From a virus (taxonomy: Duplodnaviria > Heunggongvirae > Uroviricota > Caudoviricetes), in the IMG/VR virus record IMGVR_UViG_3300050821_002507: a stretch of DNA of 28,049 nt, one strand, 5' to 3'. Shown here in pieces: positions 8,313 to 16,129 of the stretch; within the stretch, counting starts at the first letter, position 1; each line of letters opens with the position of its first letter. The translations under genes were made by a program, and so were the position numbers. Below the pieces are notes generated by a model. It made no database searches and was not told where the DNA came from. It saw only the letters and a list, made by a program, of their open reading frames with translations.

Positions 8313-9926
8313 TCAAAGCTGCGCATACCAGATGTCGATATCCACACCACCGGTTCCGGTGCTGTTGATGCACAATCCATTAGCCGATGTGTTCTTGAGC
8401 CCACTCCAGAAGTTTCCGCCCCAAGTCTCACCCGTATTAGCAGCCTCGGTTGCAACACCTGTGATCTGGGTATTTGCCGAGGAACAGTTTGCGTTCGTCG
8501 ATGCCGTGTTCTCCAGAAACCACGTCGCGACCCCAGCAGCGCGCGAACGCCACGAGCAAACATAGATGGTCTGCGATGCCACGCCCTGCACGGCAAGCGT
8601 ATCGGTCGCAGTCGTGATGTGCTTAAAGACGTGGCTGTCGCACGAGATGAGACCGGCGATGTGCCCACCCGTGGCACCAGAAGCGTTAGCTCCGAGATAG
8701 ACAGCATTCGCGGGCGGCGCGGCGGCCGTCGCAACCGCGCCGACAGCCGCGAGAGCCGTGGTCGGAGACGAGCCCGCGATGGTGGCAGTATCGGTGCCGA
8801 CTGCAACACGTTGAGCGCCGGTCCCGACAGCACCGGTCCCCGTAAGGATCGCCACACTGTTGACCGAGGCGATGTCCTGCCGCAGCGCGCCGGTCGTCGT
8901 CAGAGACAGCGGATCGGTCTGCGCCGTGGTGTAGGACGGTGCGGCCGTGGTCACGGCGCCCATCACAAGCGAGCCGGTCTGCCCGCTCGTGGTCGAGGCT
9001 TGAGCAAGCCCAACGACTGGAGCGTTTACCTTCACGAGAAGATTCCCGGCGTTGTCCATCTGGCATGGCGAGCCGTTGCCCGGCGTGATAGTCGTGGGCG
9101 TGGTCTGAAACTGACAGCCAGCCTGTAGCCAGTTCGCAGGCGCCGCAACGTTCTGCCCGATCGCATCAAGCACGCCGCCGACATTGCCGGTGACGCGGAT
9201 CGTCCCGATGTTCTTAGTGGTCTCGGCCGATAGCGTGGCGTTAACAGAAAATGCCGTGTTGTCTGACGCGATCGTGACGCGCGGCGATCCGGTGCCAGTA
9301 GTCCCGTTGCCCATCAGGGGTGTGACGCCGTTGATCTGCGAAACGTTGACGGACTGGTTCGCAGGCAGCGCCACACTATCGGGCGTGACCAGAAGTTTGG
9401 TCATTGAGGCAATGCCCTGAACGGTTATAACCCCAGAAGCTGCCGTTCCTGCTGTGCCGCTGCCAGTAACCAGCCATGGAGTTGTATTAGCAGTATTTCC
9501 TGGCTGTACCGTCCATGTTCCTGATTGGGCGGCCTGGACAGCAAAAGTCCCCGTCCCAACAACGGTCGCATTGAGATTCGCGGCGGTGCTCTGCGTGACA
9601 GTATCAGTCCAAGACCCCGATTGCGTGGCGGCGACTGTACCTGTTATGGTCGTTGAGGCAAGAGAAACAGGAATAGCCGTTCCACTCGCAATGCCCTGCA
9701 CTGTGATAACATTGGCGTTTGCAGTCCCGGCCGTCCCATAGATCGCCGTTCCAGTAGTACTCCCTAGGACAACCATAGACGATTCAACGCCACTTCCAAC
9801 GTCAACAGACCGCATCGTTACTCCAGATCCAGGAGTCAAGATGACAGTATTATCAGCCGCATAAGACGGCATTGTGCCCACAATGAGCAAAAATGCTGCA
9901 AAGATACGGCTAAGACGCTGGATCAT
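8313..9926 (-). CDS. Signal-peptide-bearing Thr/Ala/Gly-rich repetitive fibre-like protein with a C-terminal beta-sandwich domain
   Basis: MIQRLSRIFAAFLLIVGTMPSYA-A. Internal repeats GTAGTA...VITVQGIAS (x2), QSG.WT (x2), GTG..RV (x2). C-terminal domain is paralogous to 10333..10728. Confidence 0.7.
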   Translation of the reverse strand: MIQRLSRIFAAFLLIVGTMPSYAADNTVILTPGSGVTMRSVDVGSGVESSMVVLGSTTGTAIYGTAGTANANVITVQGIASGTAIPVSLASTTITGTVAATQSGSWTDTVTQSTAANLNATVVGTGTFAVQAAQSGTWTVQPGNTANTTPWLVTGSGTAGTAASGVITVQGIASMTKLLVTPDSVALPANQSVNVSQINGVTPLMGNGTTGTGSPRVTIASDNTAFSVNATLSAETTKNIGTIRVTGNVGGVLDAIGQNVAAPANWLQAGCQFQTTPTTITPGNGSPCQMDNAGNLLVKVNAPVVGLAQASTTSGQTGSLVMGAVTTAAPSYTTAQTDPLSLTTTGALRQDIASVNSVAILTGTGAVGTGAQRVAVGTDTATIAGSSPTTALAAVGAVATAAAPPANAVYLGANASGATGGHIAGLISCDSHVFKHITTATDTLAVQGVASQTIYVCSWRSRAAGVATWFLENTASTNANCSSANTQITGVATEAANTGETWGGNFWSGLKNTSANGLCINSTGTGGVDIDIWYAQL

Positions 9927-9930
9927 AGAC

Positions 9931-10146
9931 TTAGTCCTTCGGAGGTGGTGGCTTGTTCTGTTCGTTGAGTTGAGAAATCAGCTTTTGCAGGAGAGGATTC
10001 GCATCCTTCCATGGCATTTCGGCCAACTTGTTGAGGATGACGTTCGCCTCCTCAGTGGTCACGCTGAGCGTGTGATTCTTTGGAGTCTCTTGGGCTTGCG
10101 CAGAGGAGATGAATGCAAGAGCGATCAAGGCATATACATGCTTCAT
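9931..10146 (-). CDS. Small signal-peptide-bearing helical protein (fibre-associated chaperone-like)
   Basis: MKHVYALIALAFISSAQA-Q followed by LSVTTEEANVILNKLAEMPWKDANPLLQKLISQL. Confidence 0.65.
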   Translation of the reverse strand: MKHVYALIALAFISSAQAQETPKNHTLSVTTEEANVILNKLAEMPWKDANPLLQKLISQLNEQNKPPPPKD

Positions 10147-10157
10147 GTCTTATCCTT

Positions 10158-10346
10158 TCAGAAGATGACTGCTATGTATTGACTGTTGCAGGCTTGGGTG
10201 AAGTCAAGACTATTTGAACATACTGGAGGAGGACCGCTGCCGCCAGCAATCTGCCCAGCGCCTGTTTGTGTCAGTTGAGCGCTGGATTGAAGCGTGGCCA
10301 TAGAAATTATCAAAGCAGCGATAGCCAGAGACTTAAAACTGAGCAT
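10158..10346 (-). CDS. Secreted micro-protein (about 39 aa mature, one Cys pair)
   Basis: MLSFKSLAIAALIISMATLQSSA-QLTQTGAG...CSNSLDFTQACNSQYIAVIF; overlaps the upstream gene. Confidence 0.6.
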   Translation of the reverse strand: MLSFKSLAIAALIISMATLQSSAQLTQTGAGQIAGGSGPPPVCSNSLDFTQACNSQYIAVIF

Positions 10347-10728
10347 ACGACAGGCTGCCTGGATAACCTACGTTCGCTGAAGTGACGGCACAAAGAGAAT
10401 TACCAGGAGGAATAATCCACACAGGACCAACCCCCGTTCCTTTTGTGAATCCAACCTGAGCAATAAGGGCATAGTTACCAGTCACATTTTGCTGCCCCGT
10501 ACCACACGTAGCACCAGTGCCATAAACGAATTGAATGCTCCCAGTCCCCGCCGCTATAACATCAACAGCAGTAACATAGATTCTCTGACCGGAAACCCCT
10601 AGAATCAGCCTAGTTGTTGTAGCTGTTGATATCGTAATTGGAATCGAAACAGTTGCAGTCGGCTTAATCGTCGTCTGCGCAAAAGATGGGGTCGATAGAA
10701 TGAGAAGTGGCGCTACAATCTTCCACAT
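10333..10728 (-). CDS. Signal-peptide-bearing beta-sandwich protein, paralogue of the C-terminal domain of 8313..9926
   Basis: MWKIVAPLLILSTPSFA-Q. Shares TAT.T...GV..Q.IYV, C......TG, N.LC and terminal YAQ(F/L). Confidence 0.7.
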   Translation of the reverse strand: MWKIVAPLLILSTPSFAQTTIKPTATVSIPITISTATTTRLILGVSGQRIYVTAVDVIAAGTGSIQFVYGTGATCGTGQQNVTGNYALIAQVGFTKGTGVGPVWIIPPGNSLCAVTSANVGYPGSLSYAQF

Positions 10729-11390
10729 TAGCCGATCCCCGATTGCAACATACGGAACCTAACCTGACCGGTCCCGGAGTTAATCAAGAGACGGATCATG
10801 GAGATTGGCTCCATATAGGAACCGTCAATATTCGCAGACTGAGCGACCACTAGAGGATGATTGAACGCCAGCGGTGAAGTCACCCCAGCCAGAAGTTGAT
10901 TCGGATCGTCGTAGGTATGCTGAACGGTGAAATTCGCCGCCCCAGAGACTAACTCAACCGCAAATCCTATATTGATATCCTGAACGTGCCAGTTCACCTG
11001 TTGCCACGAAGATGACCCAAATCCGTTAGTCCCCGCAATAACCGTCGAGGCGACTGATGCGCTTGGGGTGATACTTGTTACCGTGACGAAGTCCAAATTT
11101 GACTGCGCGGCACCACCATTCGACCCGACAAACGTGTCAGTAATCACGCTACCAGTAGAGTTGGTCCCGACCACGACCCAATTGATGCCGCTGTCATCCC
11201 CGCCAGATGTAAGAATTACCCTTCGGCCTACAGCAGTGTTGGTCGATGACTTGGTATCTATCGTAGCAACACCAGACGTAACGGCAGACCCATTAAGAGT
11301 CAGTTTCGCCGTAGCCGGGCTCTGACTCAAAGCAATGTTGTTCGAGCTAGAGGCCGCCATCGTCTTGTTGAAAACAATCGGGATACCCAT
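10728..11390 (-). CDS. Two-domain beta-rich virion structural protein
   Basis: 220 aa, Ser/Thr/Gly-rich. RRVILTSGGDDSGI...VVVGT...ITDTFVG N-domain; C-domain is paralogous to 5028..5363. No signal peptide. Confidence 0.65.
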   Translation of the reverse strand: MGIPIVFNKTMAASSSNNIALSQSPATAKLTLNGSAVTSGVATIDTKSSTNTAVGRRVILTSGGDDSGINWVVVGTNSTGSVITDTFVGSNGGAAQSNLDFVTVTSITPSASVASTVIAGTNGFGSSSWQQVNWHVQDINIGFAVELVSGAANFTVQHTYDDPNQLLAGVTSPLAFNHPLVVAQSANIDGSYMEPISMIRLLINSGTGQVRFRMLQSGIG

Positions 11391-11626
11391 TACTTCCTCG
11401 CCTTGCGGTCAGATCGTGGCTTTGATCGATCGCCTTCGATCGAAATAGACGGGTACTTACGGTGCACTTTGGCGGCGATCTTTGCTTTCAACTCAGGATG
11501 AAACTGAGAAGCCCGAGCCAACGCATTACGCGAATGACTCGGGTCATTTATGGGAAAACTGCGATAGGGTCCTGCGAACGCGCTATCCGGCAGCGCATTC
11601 CGCTGTGCCGCCGTTAGCCGCGCCAT
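11390..11626 (-). CDS. Small basic phage protein (DUF6582-like)
   Basis: LTAAQRNALPDSAFAGP.RSFPINDPSH.RNALARA motif, recalled from phage head-region proteins. Confidence 0.6.
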   Translation of the reverse strand: MARLTAAQRNALPDSAFAGPYRSFPINDPSHSRNALARASQFHPELKAKIAAKVHRKYPSISIEGDRSKPRSDRKARK

Positions 11627-11635
11627 GGACGATCC

Positions 11636-11911
11636 TTAGTCGGACGGAATTCCCTTTTCCGGAGTCTCGCCTTTTGTGACCTGGGAAACTTTTGCAGCGG
11701 TTGAGAGCGGCATGAGGTTAGCCCCAATTCTGCCACCACGTGCACGGCCCTTCTTGCCGAAGTGCGCCTTGGGCTTCTCGCCCTCGCCTTTGACGGCACC
11801 ACCGCGCTTCTTTTCTTTCGCCCGCTCCATCGCAGGAGACCCGACAGCATTGTACTCGTGCTCAGTAACGCTCCCGCCATCCTTGCGGGCCATGTGTCTT
11901 GCTCTTGACAT
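11636..11911 (-). CDS. Small basic low-complexity protein with xxxGG(A/S/R)(V/I) motifs
   Basis: RKDGGSV, KKRGGAVK, RARGGRIG. AAGGGA RBS upstream. Confidence 0.7.
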   Translation of the reverse strand: MSRARHMARKDGGSVTEHEYNAVGSPAMERAKEKKRGGAVKGEGEKPKAHFGKKGRARGGRIGANLMPLSTAAKVSQVTKGETPEKGIPSD

Positions 11912-11960
11912 ATCAGTTCCCTTTCACCCGGATCCGTGGGCTCGGCGCAGACTACTGCGA

Positions 11961-13262
11961 TTAGGTTACGGTGACGCCAGCGGCAAGCGGAACGTAGCGA
12001 ATGAAGTGCTGCCACGTTCCAGTTGTAGAACCAACTGCAACGGTTATTGTGATCGTCCCCACTGGAACGAGAACAGACGATGGAATTCCGAAGAACCCAG
12101 GTCCGTTGGCATTATAAACAGCCGCCTGAGCAACGCCGGCCGCGCTGCTTCCAACTGCGGTAATAGTGGCACCAGCCGCCGCGTTAGCGATGGAAGCCGA
12201 CGCAGTCGCGATAGCAGTGGATGTTCCGATCGTCGGAACTGAGTTGTATGCTACCGTCGAAGCAGTCGCGCCGTTTGCCGTGATACAGAGCGAGAAAAGA
12301 CTCTCAACCCGAATCGGTCCGCCGGCAACCGTGAACAGAGTGTTTCCAGACACCATAACAGCAGCGGTCTTAACCGGACCAAAGGCCGGAAGGGCAGCAC
12401 TCGCCGCTGGCGTAAACCCAGGGCCTACGGCTACCGCACTACCACCGCTGATCTGAGAACCAGCGGAGCCGTCAAAAACATCAAGAGACCACGTCGATCC
12501 GCCGACCGTATCAACAACGTCCTTGGAGCCGTTCGTGACTCCAGAAACGTATGTATATCCGGTAACGTTGACATCCGTGCTTGCCGTGGTGACAAACTCA
12601 ACCACAGCCGTAGTAAGAATACCGTAGTACAGAATATTGATCTGTCCGTTGTCACACCCGACAAGTCGGATAGCATTGACACCGTGAGACCCAGCCGTGA
12701 ACCCAAAGTATACGAGATTCACGTTCAGTCGATCCGCTGCGGCAGTTGTCAAAACGGCACGGAGAGCTTCCTTGTTAGAAGCTCCGTCGTGCCACTCAAC
12801 CGGAAGACCTGGGAGACCGAAGGTGCAATCCGCCGCAGAAATCACAAACGGCGACACGATCTGGTCGATGTTGCAAACACCGACGATATTTGCCAGAGTT
12901 ACGCCAGCAGAAGCGATAGCGAACGTGGCAGCAGTAGAGGTCGAAAACGTAAATGTCGGGCGAGTAGAACCTTCGCCCTGGCCGATAATATAGAGCCCCG
13001 GCTTTCCGGTCGTCGTGATTCCAGCCGCCGCAGAAACCGTCTCCGCATGGCCCGGCATGACCACGATGACATCGCCAGACGCAGAGGCTGTGATGGCCGT
13101 CTGGAGTCCAGCAAACGGCAGCGAGGCATCATTGCCAGGGTTGCCGTTCGATCCCGTGACAGAACTGACAAACCAGTAGGTCCCAGACGTGATCGGAAGC
13201 CCGTTGCCGATCTGCGGAACACCGAAGCTCGTTACCCCAGAGGGGAAATTGGTGTAGACCAC
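11961..13262 (-). CDS. Head fibre/spike-like protein with a right-handed beta-helix (pectin-lyase-like) region
   Basis: GTG start with AGGAG RBS. N-terminal M..TNFP.G..SFG.P; GSNGNPG.....PFA.LQTAI.....GDVIVVMPG is a typical beta-helix N-cap. First structural gene downstream of the capsid gene. Confidence 0.65.
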   Translation of the reverse strand: MVYTNFPSGVTSFGVPQIGNGLPITSGTYWFVSSVTGSNGNPGNDASLPFAGLQTAITASASGDVIVVMPGHAETVSAAAGITTTGKPGLYIIGQGEGSTRPTFTFSTSTAATFAIASAGVTLANIVGVCNIDQIVSPFVISAADCTFGLPGLPVEWHDGASNKEALRAVLTTAAADRLNVNLVYFGFTAGSHGVNAIRLVGCDNGQINILYYGILTTAVVEFVTTASTDVNVTGYTYVSGVTNGSKDVVDTVGGSTWSLDVFDGSAGSQISGGSAVAVGPGFTPAASAALPAFGPVKTAAVMVSGNTLFTVAGGPIRVESLFSLCITANGATASTVAYNSVPTIGTSTAIATASASIANAAAGATITAVGSSAAGVAQAAVYNANGPGFFGIPSSVLVPVGTITITVAVGSTTGTWQHFIRYVPLAAGVTVT

Positions 13263-13273
13263 TTTTTAGCTCC

Positions 13274-14272
13274 TCATGTCGCCGTCGCCGGCTCCGTTGT
13301 GGCCATAGACGCCACATATTGCGTAATCAGACTGACATTCCACAGAGTATGCGGTATGTCATTTTCGTCTATCAGAAGAATGCACTTGTCACAATCTTGG
13401 ATATTTACTGTCCTGCCGTTAATGGCCGGTATTTTCGTATCTAATTCCTCATTGTACGAGGTCAGTTTTCCGAAGTTCTTTAACTCGCTAAGCAGCCTTG
13501 CAACCCTAGCCTCTGCTATCGTACTATACTGACCGAGATCGATAGTCTCTTTTTCTATGTGTATTCTTGCTCGGAACCATCCACCGTGTGGATATACGCC
13601 TTGATATCCGGTCCTACTTCTTCTGGTGGCGCTCCTAGAATTGTGGCTATTCTCACTCTTTGTGGCGTCTCGTAGATTCAGCCACCTATTGTCATTTCTA
13701 ACCCTATTGATGTGATCTATCTCAAATTCAGGCCAATCTCCCGTCATATAAAACCAAGCCAGGATATGCTCTAGGTACTTTTTGTAGTCGATCCCTATGC
13801 TGCGATAGCCCTTGCCGTGAGTGGTGCCGGCTCTATCGCCTATATTAGCCACCGAAGAGGCCACCCTCCACGTAAACCAACCCGTGTCAGGCTCGTAGTA
13901 AAGAAGCTCCTTCAGCCGACCCAGCGTCAGGGCCGTGGACTTGATATCTTCTGGATCCTTATCATGAACCAGAATATTGGAGACCCTATTATCGGTCTTA
14001 TTCCCATTCAGGTACTTTATGCGTCCTTTGGGCCACTCGCCATTGACATAAAGCAGCGCCAGTAGACCAGAGTTGTAATTGACCGCGTCTACCGAGATCA
14101 TGACGTAGCCAAGTGAACTTATCCTGCCGGCACCAACCTTACCGTGCTTACGATCTTCCGAGGTCCACGTTCTGGCCTGCTGGCGTCTCGTAAAGATGCC
14201 GAGTTCGGCATCGTAGTGAAACAGTTCCTTCAACCTATCTTGTGTCGGCCTTGGCTTCGTATTCGTATCCAT
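13274..14272 (-). CDS. Free-standing HNH homing endonuclease with a duplicated (first copy degenerate) HNH module and an AP2 domain
   Basis: Two copies of RLKEL.HY...G.FT...G...I......L.....GEWP. The second has EIDHINRVRNDNRWLNL, the first has RIKYLNGNKTDNRVSNI. AP2-like SRTGYQGVY...FRARI...IDLGQY follows. Confidence 0.9.
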   Translation of the reverse strand: MDTNTKPRPTQDRLKELFHYDAELGIFTRRQQARTWTSEDRKHGKVGAGRISSLGYVMISVDAVNYNSGLLALLYVNGEWPKGRIKYLNGNKTDNRVSNILVHDKDPEDIKSTALTLGRLKELLYYEPDTGWFTWRVASSVANIGDRAGTTHGKGYRSIGIDYKKYLEHILAWFYMTGDWPEFEIDHINRVRNDNRWLNLRDATKSENSHNSRSATRRSRTGYQGVYPHGGWFRARIHIEKETIDLGQYSTIAEARVARLLSELKNFGKLTSYNEELDTKIPAINGRTVNIQDCDKCILLIDENDIPHTLWNVSLITQYVASMATTEPATAT

Positions 14273-14277
14273 CTTGG

Positions 14278-14330
14278 TTCTCCACTGTTTGCCTATTCTG
14301 GCAATATACAGTGGAGAAAGATTTTGTCAA
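14278..14330 (-). promoter_or_regulatory. Sigma70-like promoter (TTGACA-N16-TATATT) embedded in a hairpin that sequesters the HNH gene RBS
   Basis: Inverted repeat TTCTCCACTGT (14278-88) / ACAGTGGAGAA (14308-18) plus TTGCC/GGCAA. The GGAGA SD lies in the stem. -35 at 14325-30, -10 at 14303-08. Confidence 0.65.
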
Positions 14331-14337
14331 GTGACCT

Positions 14338-15264
14338 TTAGCTGGTCGGTGCGGAGCCCCAGATGCTACGGGGATCGTTGTAATTAAAGCTATATCTCTC
14401 CCATCCCTTCACCATGAGATTGTCCGTGGTAAAATCGACCTGCATGTCGATCTCGAACGGCTCGCGCTCCAGGTAGAGGAGGCCCGGCTGGTCGGTCTTG
14501 AGGTACCACGGAAATGCGGAGGTGAAGAACACGTCCTTCACGTACTCGCTGATGCCGCCGGCAACAGTTGGGAGGACGTTGATGTCGTTGTTCGCCGTAC
14601 CTGGGCGAAGCTCTGTCCTGAGAAGGCGGAGGGCGGTCGGCTCGTTGTTCGGGTGAATAACGAGCGTCTTTCCCGTGGCCATCATGCGGAGGCCGGCGTT
14701 GTCGTAGAAGCCGGTCTGGATCGAGATCATCCCGTTCAGCAGGGATGCTTCGTTCAGGTCTACGTCTGTCGTAGGACGGTTTGCCCACGTAGTCGGACCG
14801 GATCCGCCAGGAGGCAGTGGGTGGGCAGTGCTCAGGAGAGCAACGCCGTCGCCGCCGACTGTCGTGTCGTAGGTCGTGCTGTTGTTGAACACGGCCGCAG
14901 CGTAGATTTCCTTGGTCTGGGCGAAAGAACGCTGGAGACCAAGGTTTGACGGGCGGAACTGCGCCTTGTAGAGGTTGTCCGCGATCGTGTTGCGGGTGAT
15001 AGCGTAACCCAAACCGATTCCAGTGTGAAGCTGGTTGTAGACCCACGCCTCACCGGAGGAGTTGTCGAAGATCGTCTGACCACCGTCCGACTTAAGCTGG
15101 GCGAGTGGCAGGAACCGCATGGAAGCAGTACGCTCCTGCGCCATCTCGGACTTGCCTTGGTCGAACAGCTTTGGCCAGATCGACGGCCACTGCTTGTATT
15201 CACCTGTGACACCACGGAGACCCGGCAGCAGGAGGTCCCGAATGGCTGCGACGTTAATTGCCAT
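14338..15264 (-). CDS. Major capsid protein (HK97-fold, Mu gpT-like)
   Basis: 308 aa. LLLPGL, W..LF, YAITRNTIADNLY, LLST.HP, L.E.SL, LVIHP.N, W(F/Y).KTD..GL and RYSF...DPR..WGS motifs. Located downstream of the scaffold and GroES genes. Confidence 0.88.
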   Translation of the reverse strand: MAINVAAIRDLLLPGLRGVTGEYKQWPSIWPKLFDQGKSEMAQERTASMRFLPLAQLKSDGGQTIFDNSSGEAWVYNQLHTGIGLGYAITRNTIADNLYKAQFRPSNLGLQRSFAQTKEIYAAAVFNNSTTYDTTVGGDGVALLSTAHPLPPGGSGPTTWANRPTTDVDLNEASLLNGMISIQTGFYDNAGLRMMATGKTLVIHPNNEPTALRLLRTELRPGTANNDINVLPTVAGGISEYVKDVFFTSAFPWYLKTDQPGLLYLEREPFEIDMQVDFTTDNLMVKGWERYSFNYNDPRSIWGSAPTS

Positions 15265-15267
15265 GGC

Positions 15268-15900
15268 TTAGACCCCCGTCTGCGTCTTGTAGATTTGGTT
15301 GTTGAACGACACGATCACGTTGTTCGACGCCGTCGTGACATCCGTTCCGTTCACCCCAGGAGGGGATGTAACGAGGTTTACGACCTTGAATGGCAGAGTC
15401 GCCGCCGAGGCCGCAGAAGGCGTTGCCAGCGACATTCCAGAGAATCCAGTGGTCGTGCTTCCCACCGGGGTTGCCGTAATGTCGGCGCCAAATCCAAGGT
15501 AGGTCGCGTCGATTGGACCTGTGGTGGCTTGGACCATCCACAGAGAGTTAGGGTCATCGACGACATAGCACTCTACGTCGCCAGTGGCGTCTGAGCCCGG
15601 CCAGTAGTTGCTGTAAATCGTCTTTTTCTGACTGGTGGAGAAGTACGTGCACCCCGTAAAGATGCCGGCAAGCTGCTTCGTGGCGCTTCCGTCACCGTTG
15701 GCCCATTGAAGAACGTACCCCAAGGCGCTCAGGCCAGTATCACCACTGATCCAGAAGCGCACAGCATCACCGAAGTAGACTGCCGTGGTGTACGTGGACT
15801 TGATCTTGTACGGGGTTGGGCTGCCTGCGCGCGCAAAGTTGACCGGCCCAGAAGCCGTCCCCATCTGCACGAACCCGAAGGCTCCTGCTGTGTTCGCCAT
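15268..15900 (-). CDS. Head decoration/cement-like protein preceding the capsid gene
   Basis: GAGGAG RBS before ATG 15900. MAN..GAFGF...Y.IKS.Y.TAVYFGD.V...AGIF.GC.Y...VVDDP pattern. Confidence 0.65.
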   Translation of the reverse strand: MANTAGAFGFVQMGTASGPVNFARAGSPTPYKIKSTYTTAVYFGDAVRFWISGDTGLSALGYVLQWANGDGSATKQLAGIFTGCTYFSTSQKKTIYSNYWPGSDATGDVECYVVDDPNSLWMVQATTGPIDATYLGFGADITATPVGSTTTGFSGMSLATPSAASAATLPFKVVNLVTSPPGVNGTDVTTASNNVIVSFNNQIYKTQTGV

Positions 15901-16129
15901 GTCGCTCCTCACGTCACCGCACGCAGCGGATCGGCCTGAAATCGGTACTGCCGAAGCAGCTATGTTTTCTGGGTGGCAAGTGTCGCGGCGCGCGACTTGC
16001 GGTCCATCCGGCTAAGCCGGGGAATCCGACCATAGTTCTCTCAGCGCGAGAGCCCTTGCGGTCCTTCAACATCGCGGCTTGCGACATTGGCTATTGTCGA
16101 ATGTTAACTTTCTAATTACCCCCAAGCAA
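15901..16129 (-). promoter_or_regulatory. Promoter TTGCTT-N17-TAACAT plus an approximately 190-nt structured 5' leader of the capsid operon
   Basis: -35 at 16124-29, -10 at 16101-06. The leader has a cUUCGg hairpin (15948-59), a GCAAGT/ACTTGC stem, CCGGC/GCCGG, CTCTC/GAGAG, and a 10-nt repeat GGACCGCAAG (15996-16005, 16055-64). Confidence 0.5.

Noticed and set aside
5386-9741. Many overlapping 60-300 aa ORFs on both strands (e.g. 5665-6342, 7952-8857, 8619-9128)
   Set aside because: Arg/Pro-rich shadow frames of GC-rich, Gly/Ala/Thr-rich genes; the real genes are fixed by stop-start overlaps.
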